64,000 nt of DNA from a virus. Under the pieces are notes generated by a model. It saw only the letters and a list, made by a program, of their open reading frames with translations, was not told where the DNA came from and did no database searches. Of the stretch, positions 8,638 through 18,252 are shown one piece after another; the stretch's first letter is position 1, and each line of letters starts with the position of its first letter. The stretch lies in IMG/VR virus record IMGVR_UViG_3300008108_000036. The stretch is one strand, 5' to 3'. The position numbers were made by a program, and so were the translations under genes.

Positions 8638-9464
8638 ATATTTTTAAAGATCTATCAACATTCAATAGAATTACATTTGTAGAAAAAACCCATACGTATT
8701 TGATAGACGGTCATTTAGCTGGCACACTATCGGTAACTGGATTGATTAAAAGATTCAAACCAGTATTTGATGTAGAAGGAGCTTCTTTAAGAGTGGCAAA
8801 AAGAAGAGGGGTTAGTCAAGATATAGTAAAACAAGAATGGACTTTAAAAAATAAATTTTCTACAACTCTTGGCAGCATTTTACACAAATATATTGAAAAC
8901 TTTTATGCTAATAAAAAAATTGCAATAGAACATGCTTTAGTATCCGAACACTTACAAACAGACCAGAAGCAAAAATTAATAGAGCGATTGCCTATTTTAG
9001 TAAGACATTTTCAGCAATTTCAACTGTTTTATTCTCACTTGCTGTGCGCTAAGACAGAATTGGTCGTTGGTGATTTAGATGAAACGAGAATATGTGGCAT
9101 GGTAGATTTGCTTTCCTATAATAGTTTGACGGATTCTTTTGAAATTATCGATTTTAAAACAAACAAAAACATTAATGTTTCATCCAAATACAATTCTATT
9201 TTAAAGGCTCCATTTGAAGATATGCCGGATTGTGAGTTGACTCACTATACAATACAATTGAATTCTTACAAATATATTATAGAAAAGTATACAAATATTA
9301 AAATTACTGGTTTGAAAATAGTTTGGTTAAATGCTGATAATGATACATTCAAAGTATTTGAGCTTCGAGATATACAAGAAAAAATTAAAGAAGCTTTTGG
9401 ATTAATTTTTGCAGAGTCAAAAATATCAGCAGAGATGAAAAATATACAAACGGAACTAATATAA
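8625..9464 (+). CDS. PD-(D/E)XK exonuclease (RecB-family, phage type)
   Basis: SVTGLI, GSILHKYIE, CGMVDLL, IIDFKT, YTIQLNSY. Confidence 0.85.
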   Translation: MHRVNIFKDLSTFNRITFVEKTHTYLIDGHLAGTLSVTGLIKRFKPVFDVEGASLRVAKRRGVSQDIVKQEWTLKNKFSTTLGSILHKYIENFYANKKIAIEHALVSEHLQTDQKQKLIERLPILVRHFQQFQLFYSHLLCAKTELVVGDLDETRICGMVDLLSYNSLTDSFEIIDFKTNKNINVSSKYNSILKAPFEDMPDCELTHYTIQLNSYKYIIEKYTNIKITGLKIVWLNADNDTFKVFELRDIQEKIKEAFGLIFAESKISAEMKNIQTELI

Positions 9465-9762
9465 TATCATCATACATAAAGCATGCTATCAACGATAGCC
9501 ACATACATATGCATAAAGGGCAAGTTATTAATTTTAAAAAAAATCGCACAACTGCAGAAATGTTTGGTTGCTCGCTTTGATGTTTTAAAAACTCTAAAAA
9601 CCCTTCATTAGGAGCTGATGATAAAAAAAGAGCATACTGAATTCTTAATTTTGTAAATAAATGGAACAATTCTAAATAAGAATATGCTGCATTAGTAGCA
9701 AACCAAATAAACATTAATAAATTTATCCAACCAATACAATAGAAAAACTCCATTAAATACAT
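9385..9762 (-). CDS. membrane protein with CxxC (DUF1360-like)
   Basis: Several TM segments and LITCPLCICMWLS; start probably 9762 or 9753 rather than 9795. Confidence 0.5.
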   Translation of the reverse strand: MYLMEFFYCIGWINLLMFIWFATNAAYSYLELFHLFTKLRIQYALFLSSAPNEGFLEFLKHQSEQPNISAVVRFFLKLITCPLCICMWLSLIACFMYDDIILVPFVYFSSLLIFLTLQKLIQKLL

Positions 9763-9772
9763 AAATATAATT

Positions 9773-10195
9773 ATGAAGTTTGACGAATTATACAAAAGCG
9801 TTTATTTGGCTGAAGAAGAAAAGCAATCTGCGGACTTACCTGCCGAGACAGAGGGTGGATCTACAGTTCCTATGCCAGAAGATTTTGATGACGTCGAACC
9901 AATTCCTCAAGCAGAGCCAGCAACTGAAACAGAAGAAGGACAACCAGTCAATTCAGAAGTTCCTACTGCTTCTACTTTAAAAGATTATATTTTTCAGTTA
10001 GAAGATTTTGCTGAAAAGCTTAATGGAATGGAAGGTAGTTCTTTACAGAGTTTAGTAGCTTCACTAGATAGACCTGGAACACCTTTTGATGGAATTTCTG
10101 GAAGAACAAAAGCTGACATTGTTAGTGTAGCAGAAACCTTGTTATCGATTTCAGAAAAACTAAAAAGCTTTATGATTAATGCTGTTAAGCGTTAA
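9773..10195 (+). CDS. acidic late protein, candidate prohead core/internal protein
   Basis: CATAAATA at 9760; N-terminus MKFDELYKSVYLAE. Confidence 0.6.
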   Translation: MKFDELYKSVYLAEEEKQSADLPAETEGGSTVPMPEDFDDVEPIPQAEPATETEEGQPVNSEVPTASTLKDYIFQLEDFAEKLNGMEGSSLQSLVASLDRPGTPFDGISGRTKADIVSVAETLLSISEKLKSFMINAVKR

Positions 10196-10208
10196 TTTGT
10201 TATTTTTG

Positions 10209-10237
10209 TTGAAAAAAATTTATTTTTTTAGTATAGT
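10209..10237 (+). promoter_or_regulatory. sigma70-like promoter for primase
   Basis: TTGAAA-N17-TATAGT. Confidence 0.6.
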
Positions 10238-10243
10238 TCCTTA

Positions 10244-11251
10244 GTGGAACTTTCACAAGAGTTTTTGGTTGAAATGATTTACGTGCATTGTAAAAGGGCA
10301 ATGCATAAACGTTATCAAAATATATTTAACGCAGAATGTCCTATATGTAAGGAGGGAAAATCTGCAGGTAGAACTAGACGTTTATTCTATTTTCCAAATA
10401 AACAATATTTTTTTTGCCATAACTGTTCAAAATCTTGGAAACCTTTTGAGTGGGTTAAAGAAGTGACTGGACTTTCAGTACCAGAAATTATTAAACGGAA
10501 TAACGAAAAATCTAATTCGGTAGTGCCATTTATTAAAAAAACAGTAACACATTCTAAATTAGTGAAGGACATACCTGATCTTCCAGAAAATAGTATAGAT
10601 ATAGAAGACGCGTCTCAGGTTGCATTTTTTAATTCGAGTCAGGTTGTAAAAAATGCTATAAACTATTGTGAACACAGACGTTTGCTTACAGCTATAAACC
10701 GCTGTAAGCATTTTTATGTTTCATTAGAAGATAAAATTCATAAGAATAGATTGATTCTTCCGTTTTACGGTGATAACGACAAAGTGGTGTGTTATCAAAC
10801 TCGAGCATTAACAGCTGACCAACATCCAAAGTATTTGACTAAATTTGGAGAGAAACATGTGTTTAATATAACAAATATTATTTCTGATATACCTTATGTT
10901 TTTATATTCGAAGGACCAATTGATTCTATGTTTGTGAAAAACGGAGTTGCAATTGCAGCTTTATCGCCAACAGAAAGTCAGACAGAAGAGCTCAACAATT
11001 TATTGGGCTACGAGAAAATTTACGTTTTTGATAATGATAAAAACAATAAACAAACGTCTAAAAAAATAGAAAAGACAATCAAAGACGGTAAGACTGTATT
11101 TATTTGGCCCAAAGAGTTTAAGAGATTCAAAGATATAAATGAAGTGTGTTGTGAGTTAAAGCTAAATGAGATTGATTGGAAGTTTATAGTAAAACACAGT
11201 TTTAAGGGAAGCGGTGCATTGATTAAGCAAAAAATACTAAGCGCTTTTTAG
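10244..11251 (+). CDS. gp61: DNA primase (T4 gp61-like)
   Basis: Zn finger CPIC...CHNC, RLILPF, YQTRAL, KYLT, TOPRIM EGPIDS and FDND, KDINE. Confidence 0.92.
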   Translation: MELSQEFLVEMIYVHCKRAMHKRYQNIFNAECPICKEGKSAGRTRRLFYFPNKQYFFCHNCSKSWKPFEWVKEVTGLSVPEIIKRNNEKSNSVVPFIKKTVTHSKLVKDIPDLPENSIDIEDASQVAFFNSSQVVKNAINYCEHRRLLTAINRCKHFYVSLEDKIHKNRLILPFYGDNDKVVCYQTRALTADQHPKYLTKFGEKHVFNITNIISDIPYVFIFEGPIDSMFVKNGVAIAALSPTESQTEELNNLLGYEKIYVFDNDKNNKQTSKKIEKTIKDGKTVFIWPKEFKRFKDINEVCCELKLNEIDWKFIVKHSFKGSGALIKQKILSAF

Positions 11252-12540
11252 CGTTTTCCACCAACGGTAGGTGCACCAAAACTTAACCCATCAGCTATTT
11301 TACCAGCTCCTCGAATTACAGACAACCAATCTACGATTTCTCCTTCTCTTACGTAATTAGCAAGAGTCATTAATAATTCATATAAATCTTTAGCTGCTTC
11401 GTTGTTGCCCATGATCGATTTTATATTGCCGATCGTATATCCTCCTTTTCCGACGTCTTTAGCCAATACAACTTTGCCTTCTTCTGCATCAAATGCATAA
11501 AATCCTTGTTCTTTTGAGGAGTTACTTAAAAATACTTCATATGCAGTATCGCCAGTTTTAGGGCCAGGAGGTTTAAACTTACCTTGTTCGTCCTTTGGAA
11601 ATAATCTATTAATTTCAGAATCAAAAAATCTCTTGCCTGCTAGACCTATGTTTAATAATTCTGTATGTATCGCTCTTGTGTATATTTTGTCGCTGCTAAC
11701 CTTATTGCTAAATGCGTAGGTTCCTCCAGCGTATTTCTTTGGATGTAGTAATACGTCTGTTACAGCTGGACCTTGATCGGGAACACTTGTTGTTGAAAGT
11801 GTAGCTAATCTTGCTTTTTTTCTTGCTTCTAAAATGTAAAATATAGCATCTTTAATGCTGTTGCCTGCAAATTTATCGAGCGTTATTTGTCCTACATAAT
11901 TTTGTTGTAATTGCTTTCTTATTTGAGTAGCTACATATTGTCCTTCAGCTGTTGCGACAGGAAAGTCTATAGGATTAGCTGTAGTTCTGTTTTGAATTGA
12001 TACTTTAAATTTGTCAAGTTGAGTTTTAAAAGCGGTTATTGAAATTGGAGCTTTTTTAAATCTTTCTACTACAGAAGATGGGTTGCCTGGAGCTAAATTT
12101 GCTACTTGAGCCATAAGCTCAATATAAGGTAAATATTGTGAGTACTCGAAAAATTGAGAGGCAGAAGTTCTTGTCCAGCATTTTATCCAAATATTAAAAA
12201 TTTTAGTTAAAACGTCTAAGGTGGGTGCAGATCCTGGACCATAAGCGTTTTGATAAATTACATTAACTTCATTAATTTCTCGCGTTAAATTTTTCGGAGT
12301 AAAGACCACATCCGAGCTTTCTGATGCCTTTCCGTCACTTGCTGGTTTATCTACATCAAAAAATAATTCAAATAAAGGTTTTGCATCTAAAGTAGCTTCA
12401 GTAGGAGTTTCGTCTTCCTTTGAATCGTCAGTTGTTTCTTTAGACGTATCGTCTGAAACCAGTGGTTCAGCTTCTTCGGTCTTTTGTAGAGTATTTTCAG
12501 TAAGAACTGATTCGATTAAGTTTTTAAAATTTACAAACAT
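11248..12540 (-). CDS. hypothetical late protein, candidate internal virion protein
   Basis: AATAAATA upstream; N-terminus MFVNFKNLIESVLTE. Confidence 0.6.
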   Translation of the reverse strand: MFVNFKNLIESVLTENTLQKTEEAEPLVSDDTSKETTDDSKEDETPTEATLDAKPLFELFFDVDKPASDGKASESSDVVFTPKNLTREINEVNVIYQNAYGPGSAPTLDVLTKIFNIWIKCWTRTSASQFFEYSQYLPYIELMAQVANLAPGNPSSVVERFKKAPISITAFKTQLDKFKVSIQNRTTANPIDFPVATAEGQYVATQIRKQLQQNYVGQITLDKFAGNSIKDAIFYILEARKKARLATLSTTSVPDQGPAVTDVLLHPKKYAGGTYAFSNKVSSDKIYTRAIHTELLNIGLAGKRFFDSEINRLFPKDEQGKFKPPGPKTGDTAYEVFLSNSSKEQGFYAFDAEEGKVVLAKDVGKGGYTIGNIKSIMGNNEAAKDLYELLMTLANYVREGEIVDWLSVIRGAGKIADGLSFGAPTVGGKR

Positions 12541-12604
12541 TAAAGTTATTTATTTGTTAAACTACAAAAAAACTCCAATATGACATAAATAATTGAGCAT
12601 TTAA

Positions 12605-13720
12605 ATGAAAATTGAAGATCAACAATTGTTAGAACAAGTTTATTCTGAACAAATTTTAGAAGAAGGAGTTTGGGATCAAATAAAACATAAAGCCTCTAAT
12701 GCTGCTGGAGCTTTAGGTGGAATGGCTTCTAATGTTGGAAATAGATTAGCTAATGTAGTTAGAGCTCCAGAAAATCAAAAAAATCCAGTAGAAGCTCAAG
12801 TACAAACTCTTTGGAATTCGTTTAGAAATAAAACCTTAAATGCCATCGAAAAATATTTAAAACAACAATCTACTTTGCTGAGCACAGAGCAAAATGCTAA
12901 TTCGTCATTTACTAAACAGCTAAACGCAATTAAAGAAGCTCAAAAATTCTTGCAGGATCCTCCAAATTATATAAAGAATAATCCGTCTGCTTCCTCATCT
13001 TCTCCCCGTTCAGTATCTGATGTAAGCGGAGGTACAGCTTCAGGTATAGAATCGGGAAGTAAAGATGGTTCTAGTGCTGTGCCGTCTGCACCAACTGTGC
13101 CTAGCCGTGGTGTAGCACCAACTCCGGAGCCAGCACCTTCCTCAGATAAGCCTGAATCAACTGAAGTGACAGCATCAGCTCCGAAAAGAGTTAATTTTAC
13201 TACTCCTCCTTCGAGCATTAGCATTAAACCGACAGGTGATGCTAAATCAGCTGGAATTTCAGGAGTTCCAACTCCTGATTACAGCAAACTTGTGACGGTA
13301 GTAGCTAATTTAAAACAAAAAGATCCCGAAACATACAAAACAATTAAAAATGATTTAGAGAAAGTATTTGCAGAAAATCAAAATTTTAAAAACTATTTTA
13401 ATTTAACGTTATTGGAGGCAACCAAAAAAAACCCAAAAGCTTCTGCTGAGTTTGCAGAAAGAGATGAAGACGTAAGGTATCACGGCACTCACCCTCTCTC
13501 AGTAGAAACTATGAAGTTTTTTTCAGAATTTAGAAGGCTTTGTGAACAATTTATTCATAATTATGATAAAATAAAAAAAGTTGGAGAATTTGGAAAATCT
13601 GCCAATAGAAAAACGTTCTATACTGCTGATACTTTTTTAAAGCGTTTGCTTTCAATTTTATATATTCCTAAAGCTGGAGATTTGCAGGGAGCAAATCCTT
13701 TTAAAGACAAAATGGAATAA
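12605..13720 (+). CDS. hypothetical late protein with S/P-rich linker, candidate internal virion protein
   Basis: CATAAATA at 12584; ILEE|GVWD leader; internal FKNYFNLTLLE. Confidence 0.6.
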   Translation: MKIEDQQLLEQVYSEQILEEGVWDQIKHKASNAAGALGGMASNVGNRLANVVRAPENQKNPVEAQVQTLWNSFRNKTLNAIEKYLKQQSTLLSTEQNANSSFTKQLNAIKEAQKFLQDPPNYIKNNPSASSSSPRSVSDVSGGTASGIESGSKDGSSAVPSAPTVPSRGVAPTPEPAPSSDKPESTEVTASAPKRVNFTTPPSSISIKPTGDAKSAGISGVPTPDYSKLVTVVANLKQKDPETYKTIKNDLEKVFAENQNFKNYFNLTLLEATKKNPKASAEFAERDEDVRYHGTHPLSVETMKFFSEFRRLCEQFIHNYDKIKKVGEFGKSANRKTFYTADTFLKRLLSILYIPKAGDLQGANPFKDKME

Positions 13721-13745
13721 ATGATTAAATATAATAAATAAACAT

Positions 13746-14099
13746 ATGAAAATGACGTTTGATGAAATTTACAATGCTACACTCGCTGAAAACACAGTTC
13801 CAGCTCCAGCAACTCCAATGGCGAATCCAGCCAATTTACAAAAAGATTTACAAGGATTGTTTTTAAAACATAAAGACAATCCAGCCCTTTTTCAAGAACT
13901 AGAAAAACAAATGAAGCAAGCTCAACAAGCTGCTCAACAAGCTGCTAAGGCTAATCAACAGCAACAACAGCAGCAACAAGCTGCTGCTAAAACTAACACC
14001 CAACAGCCAGCACCTCAACAAAACAACAATACCAACCAGCAACAAAATCAACCTCAAGCTAATAATCAACAACAAAATAATCAGCAAAAGAAGGTTTAA
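13746..14099 (+). CDS. Q/N-rich late protein, candidate internal virion protein
   Basis: AATAAATA at 13733; MKMTFDEIYNATLAE; poly-Q/N C-terminal half. Confidence 0.6.
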   Translation: MKMTFDEIYNATLAENTVPAPATPMANPANLQKDLQGLFLKHKDNPALFQELEKQMKQAQQAAQQAAKANQQQQQQQQAAAKTNTQQPAPQQNNNTNQQQNQPQANNQQQNNQQKKV

Positions 14100-14107
14100 A
14101 GCATGAT

Positions 14108-14737
14108 ATGAATAGCATGCAGGCTACTAACAAGCCAGGTTTACAAAGAAGTCGTTGCATGTTTTGTGGCTCTATAAATAGAGGAAAGGGTTGCAGATAT
14201 GGTCCTCATGGAGTACACTTCCATCCAGACGATTCAACGAAGTGTTCTTATTGTGGATCTCCTAGCTTTGGAAGAGGATGTAAAATAAACCCAACTGGAG
14301 ATTTACATGTGCATGGAGTTACATATAATAATATGTATAGAGAATTTGTGCAAAGCTTTTTGACTAATAAAGTATTAACAGAAGAACTTAAAAAACCTTT
14401 TGTCGAATTCGATGCTTATAAATTGGGTATTATTAATGAAAAGGGACAAGCTATAAAAATGCCGATTACCGTTGAAGAGAAACAATCATACTCTCCGTTA
14501 ATTAAAACTCTTCTAAAAATTAAAAGGTTTATTGGCCCTAAAATTGATTTATTTGAAGCAACAACCTCTCTAACAGAATCAAGCAAACTAAATCGCGAAA
14601 GTTTAGACAAATATAAACTGCTGATAGAACATAAAGATAAGATTAGAGATAATATAAATGATTTGTACAAAATTATCGATGAAGCTAACGCTGCAGGCTT
14701 AAGTTTAGAAGATATATTGAATCTTCTTGAAGGTTAA
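14108..14737 (+). CDS. protein with two Cys/His repeats fused to a T4-like conserved domain
   Basis: CxxCGSxxxGxGC-x7/8-HxH twice; PFVEFDAYKLGIINEKG motif. Confidence 0.65.
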   Translation: MNSMQATNKPGLQRSRCMFCGSINRGKGCRYGPHGVHFHPDDSTKCSYCGSPSFGRGCKINPTGDLHVHGVTYNNMYREFVQSFLTNKVLTEELKKPFVEFDAYKLGIINEKGQAIKMPITVEEKQSYSPLIKTLLKIKRFIGPKIDLFEATTSLTESSKLNRESLDKYKLLIEHKDKIRDNINDLYKIIDEANAAGLSLEDILNLLEG

Positions 14738-14750
14738 TAGTTAACAAAGC

Positions 14751-14778
14751 TTGACATAACTCAAAAATAAGATATGAT
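14751..14778 (+). promoter_or_regulatory. sigma70-like promoter for the queD-queE unit
   Basis: TTGACA-N16-TATGAT. Confidence 0.65.
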
Positions 14779-14784
14779 TCATTC

Positions 14785-15066
14785 ATGTCTAAAAATAGTA
14801 TAAACATTTCGTTAACTGATGAAGATTTTTCTACAGTTCTTTCTGCACTTTTATTTTCTTGCTCTGTGAATATCGTTTCGAACACCAGCCAAGAATATCA
14901 GCAAAAGTTGTTTGAGTTAGCTAAACGACTAAAAGTATATAAACCGGACGTAAAAATTACTGATATACAATTTTTGAGAGAAGAAAATTATGAAGATGTT
15001 ACGACCCAAGAATTATTGAAGGAGTTTGAACAAAATCTGGAAATTATATCTTTTGAAAATATTTAA
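14785..15066 (+). CDS. hypothetical protein
   Basis: 93-aa ORF directly upstream of queD. Confidence 0.55.
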   Translation: MSKNSINISLTDEDFSTVLSALLFSCSVNIVSNTSQEYQQKLFELAKRLKVYKPDVKITDIQFLREENYEDVTTQELLKEFEQNLEIISFENI

Positions 15067-15552
15067 ATGAAAAAATACACTTCAACTAAAGTAATCGAAT
15101 TAGGCTCTTGTGCATTTAGACAATGGAAAGCTGAAGGAACGCACTGTAGATTTGTTCATGGGTATCGATTGATGGCTAAATTTTGGTTTGAGTGCTCTAA
15201 GCTAGATCATCGGAATTGGGCAGTAAATTTTGGAGGATTAAAAGAACTTAAGCGAATGTTGCAACAACAATTCGACCACACGTTGTGTATAGCTGTCGAT
15301 GATCCTCTTTTAGCTAATTTTCAAGAACTACACAACCAAGGAGGATGCGATATACGAGTAATGGATGCAGTTGGGATTGAAAAAGTAGCTGAGTGGTGCT
15401 TTAAAACCGCAAGATTGTTTTTGGAGTCAAATGAAGAAACATATAAGCGTTGCTGGGTCTCTAAAGTTGAAGTATGGGAACATGAAGAAAATTCAGCAGT
15501 ATATACAGAAATTGATGATCAACACGGAACAACCGTACGCGAGGAAATTTAA
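15067..15552 (+). CDS. queD: 6-carboxy-5,6,7,8-tetrahydropterin synthase
   Basis: HCRFVHGY, VNFGGLK, FDHT, VWEHEENSA. Confidence 0.9.
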   Translation: MKKYTSTKVIELGSCAFRQWKAEGTHCRFVHGYRLMAKFWFECSKLDHRNWAVNFGGLKELKRMLQQQFDHTLCIAVDDPLLANFQELHNQGGCDIRVMDAVGIEKVAEWCFKTARLFLESNEETYKRCWVSKVEVWEHEENSAVYTEIDDQHGTTVREEI

Positions 15553-16301
15553 TGACTAATAATTTTTTATTCTTATCTGATGATAAAATCTTCTACACAT
15601 TAGAAGGAGAAGGGGAATATATCGGACAACCTTCTGTTTTTATGCGTATGTCTATGTGCAATCTTACCTGTAAAGGTTTTGCTTCAGAAAATAGTCCAAA
15701 TGGTTGTGATTCTTTTATTTCGTGGTCAGTAAAAAATAAAATGTCTTTTGAAGACATTTTTCAATTAATGGAAGAAAAAAATTATATCGAGCATCTTCGA
15801 AATAATGCTATTTTTAAGCTAACTGGTGGAGAACCATTAATAAATCAAAAGCAACTTCTTAAATTTATTGAAGAATTTATTGGGCGATATAAATTTGTTC
15901 CGAGAATTGATTTTGAAACAAATGCTACATTAATTCCAGATGAACGTTGGATACGAGAATTTAAAGCTACGTTTACTACTTCTCCGAAACTTACTACTAA
16001 TGGAGACCCAGAAGAAAAAACATACAAACCAGAGGCTTTGAAGTGGCACGTTAAACACAATTCTGGGTTTAAGTTCGTCATTACTTCGGATAAAGACATC
16101 GAAGAAATTTGGAGAAAATATGTAAACGACGATAAAGGCATTAATGTCCCACTAAATCGAGTTTGGTTCATGCCTTGTTGTGGATCAAGAAAAGAACACA
16201 TCGAAAGAGCTCCTGCTGTTGCTGAATATGCAAAAGCAATGCATGTTAACTTTAGCCCAAGAATGCATCTTCTAATTTGGGACATGGCTTTAAAAGTTTG
16301 A
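15552..16301 (+). CDS. queE: 7-carboxy-7-deazaguanine synthase (radical SAM)
   Basis: FYTLEGEG, CNLTC...CDS, LTGGEP, ETNAT, TSPKL, KFVI, SPRMH. Confidence 0.92.
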   Translation: MTNNFLFLSDDKIFYTLEGEGEYIGQPSVFMRMSMCNLTCKGFASENSPNGCDSFISWSVKNKMSFEDIFQLMEEKNYIEHLRNNAIFKLTGGEPLINQKQLLKFIEEFIGRYKFVPRIDFETNATLIPDERWIREFKATFTTSPKLTTNGDPEEKTYKPEALKWHVKHNSGFKFVITSDKDIEEIWRKYVNDDKGINVPLNRVWFMPCCGSRKEHIERAPAVAEYAKAMHVNFSPRMHLLIWDMALKV

Positions 16302-16331
16302 CATATTCATTAACAAGCGTAAATATACTCC

Positions 16332-16976
16332 ATGCGTATAGCTTTAATGGGTGCTCATTGTGTGGGCAAAACGACACTAATAGAACAAATTCTTAAACAA
16401 TGGCCTATGTATAAAAGGCCTTCTAAGACTTATAGAGAAATTATTAAAGAAAAACAATTATCAATAAACAAACAAGGAACTAAAGATTCTCAAAAAATAA
16501 TATTAAATGCTTTAATAGACGAATTGCAAACAGCCAGTACGTCAGACGATAAATTTATTATTTTTGATAGATGCCCTATTGATAACGTTGTATATACGTT
16601 ATGGCATCATGCAAAAGGGACAGAGGGATTTACTTCGGATTTTGTAATGGATTGTAAAACAATTGCAGCTTTCTCACTTAAACATATAGATGTAATTTTT
16701 TATGTTCCGGCTAGGCCTGAAATTCCGTTAACTCCTAGAGAGGGAAGAGAAGTTGATCCTATTTTTAGAGAAGAGATTGACAATATATTTGATTCGATGG
16801 TTTCTTCATATGAGAAAAACACAGGAGCGTTTTTTCCTTTAGAAGATTGTCCCGCTGTCATTAGGCTCGACGGACCTCCAGACATGAGATTGCCTCAAAT
16901 GAAACTATACATTAAAGATAGTGGGATTGGATATGGTGAAGAAGACGGCAGCTTAATAGACACTTCAGCAATCTAA
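16332..16976 (+). CDS. P-loop nucleotide kinase-like protein (AAA_28/dNMP kinase-like)
   Basis: GAHCVGKTT and FDRCPIDN. Confidence 0.75.
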   Translation: MRIALMGAHCVGKTTLIEQILKQWPMYKRPSKTYREIIKEKQLSINKQGTKDSQKIILNALIDELQTASTSDDKFIIFDRCPIDNVVYTLWHHAKGTEGFTSDFVMDCKTIAAFSLKHIDVIFYVPARPEIPLTPREGREVDPIFREEIDNIFDSMVSSYEKNTGAFFPLEDCPAVIRLDGPPDMRLPQMKLYIKDSGIGYGEEDGSLIDTSAI

Positions 16977-17425
16977 GCTCTACTAAAATTAATCTCTTTA
17001 GCGTTTTTAATTTTCAAACGAACAGCAGTTTTAATAAATTGTTTGTTGTTAGTTTTTTGCTGTTGTTCTAAGCATTTTGATGCGGCCATTTCTAACTCTG
17101 GTGAATCTATTTCATGTATTCCGCAGTAATAAAATGGGGTTTTTTCTAAAAGTTTTGTAATATGCTTTGTAATAAACGTTTTAAATCTCGAATTAGCTGA
17201 TTTAGTAGAAATAAATACTACTTTAGGAAAAGAGCTGTTTATTTTATAAAATTTTTCGGCCAGTTCATTTATAAAAAAGCTTATAATTATTTTTTTTCCA
17301 TCAGCTGAATTTAATGAAATATTGTGTTTGGTTGCGAATTTTATTGACTGTTTAATTGCTGACTCAAAATACGGATATACATCTATAGCACATATTCTAG
17401 ACTTCGGAAAAATTTTAGTTCTCAT
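16973..17425 (-). CDS. hypothetical protein
   Basis: 150-aa ORF; weak resemblance to a degenerate 5'-nuclease N-terminus (ICAID). Confidence 0.5.
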   Translation of the reverse strand: MRTKIFPKSRICAIDVYPYFESAIKQSIKFATKHNISLNSADGKKIIISFFINELAEKFYKINSSFPKVVFISTKSANSRFKTFITKHITKLLEKTPFYYCGIHEIDSPELEMAASKCLEQQQKTNNKQFIKTAVRLKIKNAKEINFSRA

Positions 17426-17842
17426 CTATTTAAAGTTCTTAGGAACACGACCCAAACGGCAATTTATTATTCCGTTATAATAATCTTCTTTTAATAAAAC
17501 GTCTTCTTGGATTTGCCTTTTTATTTCTTTATATCCTAATTCGAATTTAGAAAAACACCACTCTAAAATTACAAAGCTAAAGTTTTCTTTGCCGTATTTT
17601 TTAATATCTTCATTAAGCTCTTTAGATGACCCAGTATATGTTTTCCAGTCCGATTCTTTTGTGTCGAGACGTTTGCGCTTTTTTCCTTTAAGTGGTTTTC
17701 TTTTTACTTTAAACCTGCATTGCTTCTTACCAATGTACTTTTTTGGACAAACTAAGGCATTATTGGTAATTTCATAAATAAACCCGAATGCATCTTCACT
17801 AAAGCTTAAATTCTCCGCTAAAATCCAATGTCCTAAATCCAT
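17426..17842 (-). CDS. GIY-YIG-like putative endonuclease
   Basis: GFIYEITN...KYIGKK, ESDWKTYTGSS, YYNGII. Confidence 0.75.
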   Translation of the reverse strand: MDLGHWILAENLSFSEDAFGFIYEITNNALVCPKKYIGKKQCRFKVKRKPLKGKKRKRLDTKESDWKTYTGSSKELNEDIKKYGKENFSFVILEWCFSKFELGYKEIKRQIQEDVLLKEDYYNGIINCRLGRVPKNFK

Positions 17843-17843
17843 T

Positions 17844-18107
17844 TTACTTTTTTCTGCGTTTTTTTCTGCTTTTTTTCATTCCATAACGAGTTATTACTCC
17901 TCCGTATATACCATAAGGAATTCTAGCATCATCTTTGGCGTAATTGTCACCACTAAAAGCTGTAGATGTTGAATCTATTCCATCGCCAAACGACGAACTT
18001 GTTGCACCCCCCTCAGAATCCTCATTAATGCTGTTCGTTTTGGTATAACAATCGTTCGATATAAAAGAAAGAGCTGCATTATACGCTTCTTTAAAGCTTT
18101 TTGTCAT
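17844..18107 (-). CDS. small late protein, candidate internal virion protein
   Basis: MTKSFKEAY...SINE leader; basic tail. Confidence 0.55.
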   Translation of the reverse strand: MTKSFKEAYNAALSFISNDCYTKTNSINEDSEGGATSSSFGDGIDSTSTAFSGDNYAKDDARIPYGIYGGVITRYGMKKSRKKRRKK

Positions 18108-18129
18108 AAATAATATTTAATAAAAATAT

Positions 18130-18246
18130 ATGAAATTTGACAAATTAGTATCTATGATAATGGAAAAATGTTGGAAGGGATACCAACAAAAGGGAGTAAA
18201 GAAGAAGGGCAATAAGGTTGTCCCTAATTGCGTAAAGAAAAAATAA
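18130..18246 (+). CDS. 38-aa protein MKFDKLVSMIMEKCWKGYQQKGVKKKGNKVVPNCVKKK
   Basis: Missed by the track; CWxGY...KKKG..VPNCV motif recurrent in T4-like phages; CATAAATA at 18105. Confidence 0.75.
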   Translation: MKFDKLVSMIMEKCWKGYQQKGVKKKGNKVVPNCVKKK

Positions 18247-18252
18247 TAAAGA

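Noticed and set aside
8625-9464. Cas4-like nuclease suggesting a CRISPR locus
   Set aside because: No repeat-spacer array or other cas gene seen, and the Fe-S cysteine set is lacking; ordinary phage PD-(D/E)XK exonuclease
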